A DNA stretch of 63,685 nt, counting the filler, from Craspedostauros australis (taxonomy: Eukaryota), in the NCBI GenBank assembly GCA_030167865.1. It is 17 parts of 17 records of this genome, joined end to end, with 100 filler letters (N's around TTAATTAATTAA, not from the genome) between each part and the next. Parts side by side here need not be neighbours in the genome. Positions count along the whole stretch, not along the records: positions 59,839 to 62,135 come from JALAGF010002906.1; positions 62,236 to 63,685 come from JALAGF010002907.1; 15 more parts are not named here. One strand, given 5' to 3'. The translations under genes and the position numbers were made by a program. The notes below the pieces were generated by a model. The model was not told where the DNA came from and searched no databases. It saw nothing but the letters and a program-made list of their open reading frames with translations. Below, piece after piece: positions 60,908-63,685 of the stretch; position 1 is the stretch's first letter; each line of letters begins with the position of its first letter.

Positions 60908-61192
60908 GCTCAATACTCGTCACAAGGCAGTCGGCGTGTTTGAGTACCTTTGCCCATCTGCTCGTGCTCGCTTGTTGGATGACGTTGATAGAGTGTGTCC
61001 CAGTGCGATCCATCAGTTGTACCCAGAACACACACCAGACACCACTCAAAGCGCTGAGGCTATTTGGATCGTTNCAGTGCGTTCATTGGTTCTACCGTGG
61101 GGATTCGGACAATCAAGGGACAACCTTTTCCATTTGATGACACAACAACACCCCATTTCGCCTCGTGTCATTATGCCTCACATCATTTCGCC

Positions 61193-61270
61193 TCACATCA
61201 CATCACATCACACCACACCACACCACATCACACAACATCACACAACATCACACAACATCGCACCACAACG
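61193..61270. repeat. CATCA/CACCA/CACAA pentamer low-complexity repeat
   Basis: cacatcacatcacatcacaccacaccacaccacatcacacaacatcacacaacatcacacaacatc. Confidence 0.8.
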
Positions 61271-61380
61271 CATCGCATCGCGCGAAAAAAGACAACTGAT
61301 TGAGCCTGTTCTTGGTTTTGCTGATTGGTATTGAACTATAATAGGTTAATCTGGAGAGTGTTGCTTGATGGTCATTCGAC

Positions 61381-61659
61381 TCACTTGGAGCTCTTCTTCT
61401 TCGATGCTTGCTGGATGGTGAGGTAATGAATTAACTTCTGATGGCGGACCTCCTGATAAATTCGATGGCGAAACACGTCCTTGTTAAAATGCATGTACTC
61501 CTTGTGTGTCTTTTGGAACTCGGATGGTGGCAGTTGAGTGTGTCGGTTGTTCTTGACATCATCAGCAAGCAGTGCCTTTGCCTCAGACATGTCGAATACT
61601 TGCTGTCCCATGTTGTTAGTTGATGCTCTTGGATGCATTTGTTGGCAAGTTCCGCTCAC
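61381..61659 (-). CDS. Fragment of a diatom-type hypothetical protein family, possibly repeat-associated
   Basis: SEAKALLADD..H...PSEF..THKEY..F..DVFRHRIYQE resembles a motif I recall from diatom hypothetical proteins; unverified. Confidence 0.35.
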   Translation of the reverse strand: MSGTCQQMHPRASTNNMGQQVFDMSEAKALLADDVKNNRHTQLPPSEFQKTHKEYMHFNKDVFRHRIYQEVRHQKLIHYLTIQQASKKKSSK

Positions 61660-62235
61660 GGTAACCTACGATCGTGGAAGGTGGTGTTGGTTGATAGTCG
61701 TCTGTTTGCTATTTCATTAGTTGGCTACTCCAATCCTCTCGGTGTACGCCCGTTCTCTTGCCCGATGCTCTCGGCACTTCAATCTGTTTCATAGATTCAG
61801 TCTCCGACTATGAGTCGGTACGCGAGATGCTCTCTCGCTCCTCTCTGTATTCTCTCTCTCTCAACATCGTGTGCTCGTGCTACACGATACTCCGTGTTCG
61901 ATGCGTACTCCGCATTCGACACTCCGTTCATTCAGTACTGGCTCCTACTCCATGAGTACTCGCCATTTGAAGTTCACCTTCTGTATCCATGATGCTGATG
62001 CCCTTCGGTCATCGGATCTTCGCCTCCTGCTCTGACTTGGAGACAGATGTTGACGTGGTGACATGATGACATCCTGTCAACGTCAGTAGGCGTCCTTCTG
62101 CTCTCCAGATGTCACGTTCCATTGGTGATGCAGTGNNNNNNNNNNNNNNNNNNNNNNNNNNNNNNNNNNNNNNNNNNNNTTAATTAATTAANNNNNNNNN
62201 NNNNNNNNNNNNNNNNNNNNNNNNNNNNNNNNNNN

Positions 62236-63685
62236 GAAACTCTTACTTAACAAGGGATTCGCCCCAACCTTCGAGTACACTGCGGCATCGACTCCCCAAC
62301 AGAACGGTCGCGTCGAAAGAAAATTCGCGACACTCTACGGCAAAGTACGCGCCATGCTTAACCAAACCCATCTACCAAAAACAACGCGAGGGAAGCTGTG
62401 GGCAGAGGCTGCTCACACGGCAACGCAGCTGGAGAACATCATTGGCACGAAGTCAAGGGANNNNNNNNNNNNNNNNNNNNNNNNNNNNNNNNNNNNNNNN
62501 NNNNNNGACCTGCGTGTGTTCGGTGAGATGGGGATGGTACACATCGGTGGACAGACTATCAAGGCCAAGCTAGACGACCGCTCCAAACCTGCCATGTTTG
62601 TGGGATACGGAGAGTCGCACGCAAAAGGAGTGTACCGCATGATGAACCTTGCTACCTCGAGAATCCTGATGACTCGAGACGTGACATGGTTGAATAAGTC
62701 ATATGGAGAGTTCAAAGGTATTAAGGATACCAGCAGATCCAGAGTGATGAACGCAGACGACGACTCCTCATCAAGAGACTCGTCTCCAGAGAGAGGAGTG
62801 ACTTGGCTTCGTCAATCGGACAGTATGAGTGACATAGAGACCGATGACGATGACGATCGCAGCAGAACGAGAGAACAGGGAGATTCAGAAGATGCTGCGG
62901 TAGAACAGGACGACCTGCTACCCGTCCAAGAGGATCAGGAACCAGACGATGACGTCGGGGATGAATCCGGAAGGGACGAGGATGAAAGGAGTGAGGAAAG
63001 AACGGTAGAAAAAGAACCGCCCTCAACTCCAGTCGCAACACCTGTTGCGTACGTACCAAGGATGGTCAGAGATCTCGCGGGGTACAATAACTCGCCCGTT
63101 CCAAAGGAGGATAGAGATTACGGATCCAGTGAGACCTCCGAATCTGGCGATGAGAAGCAAGAGACTGCTCAAGAGATAGAAGTCGAACCAACAACGACAG
63201 GGGGAACCAGCTTCCACACAGACGGGTCGATGTTCAACAGAGACGTCGCAGGCATGATGATTGATACCACTCACGGAAAGATGAGACTGGTTGACTTCAT
63301 CGCTGCGAGCCAAGTAACGAATGATCGAGCCAGACCCGAGCAAGCAAGCGTAGCTATGATGCTAGACCCTACCACTTTCGAAGAATGCTGGGACCATGCA
63401 GATCCCGAGAAGAGAAAGAAGTGGAGAGAAGCCATCAACAAGGAGTTCAATGATATGACCAGAAGAGGAGTATGGGAGAAGATCAAGAGGAACCGAATGC
63501 CGAGAGATCGGCGATGCGTGAAGACCAAATGGGTATTCAAGGAGAAGAGGAACGGAGTCTTCCGGGCCAGACTCGTCGCCTGCGGCTACTCACAGATCGC
63601 GGGAGTGGACTTCTCAGCACACCACGCACCAGTGATTCATGATGCAACCTACCGCATCATGCTCACTATGAAGATGCTGCTGCAC
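62236..63685 (+). mobile_element. Ty1/Copia pol fragment from a second family (integrase, acidic spacer, RT); frame open to the window end
   Basis: STPQQNGRVERKFATLYGKVRAML, LWAEAA, AMFVGY, RDVTWLN, DPTTFEECW, TKWVFKEK..RARLVACGYSQIAGVDF; no stops seen from 62507 to 63685. Confidence 0.95.

Noticed and set aside
61715..62135. Possible solo LTR (CT-rich tract ending TCAACA)
   Set aside because: No second copy, PBS, PPT or TSD visible in the window

Overview
Eukaryotic draft-assembly window, almost certainly from a diatom (DUF6824 protein, CoDi-type Copia elements, Ambal-like non-LTR element, signal-peptide SET protein, short GT-AG introns). It is not one contiguous locus: 17 contigs are joined by artificial N44-TTAATTAATTAA-N44 linkers, so gene adjacency only means something within a contig. 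The first ~21.5 kb is small contigs: two near-identical NADPH-oxidase/ferric-reductase-like fragments, a flavin monooxygenase pseudogene, three Copia fragments, an RNase H-bearing non-LTR element, a decayed piggyBac-like/YqaJ-like element and a CRAL-TRIO-DUF6824 gene. Contig 21626-39042 carries LITAF, MVD, a 5-exon ABCB half-transporter, a fatty-acid-hydroxylase/sterol-desaturase-family gene, a silaffin-like secreted protein, a frameshifted ankyrin-BTB gene and a 20-bp tandem array. Contig 39143-51351 carries membrane proteins, a small 3-exon secreted Cys-rich peptide and a class-V aminotransferase ending in a CaaX box. Contig 51452-59738 carries a tandem-SET protein and a large membrane/Ser-Pro-rich protein. 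A second Copia family ends the window. The best novelty leads are the piggyBac-like DD transposase with an apparent in-frame YqaJ/lambda-exonuclease motif, an extra domain inside a Copia polyprotein, and the ankyrin-BTB gene with variable binding positions next to a palindrome-rich 20/40-bp array. All family calls come from motif recognition by eye; no database searches were run.
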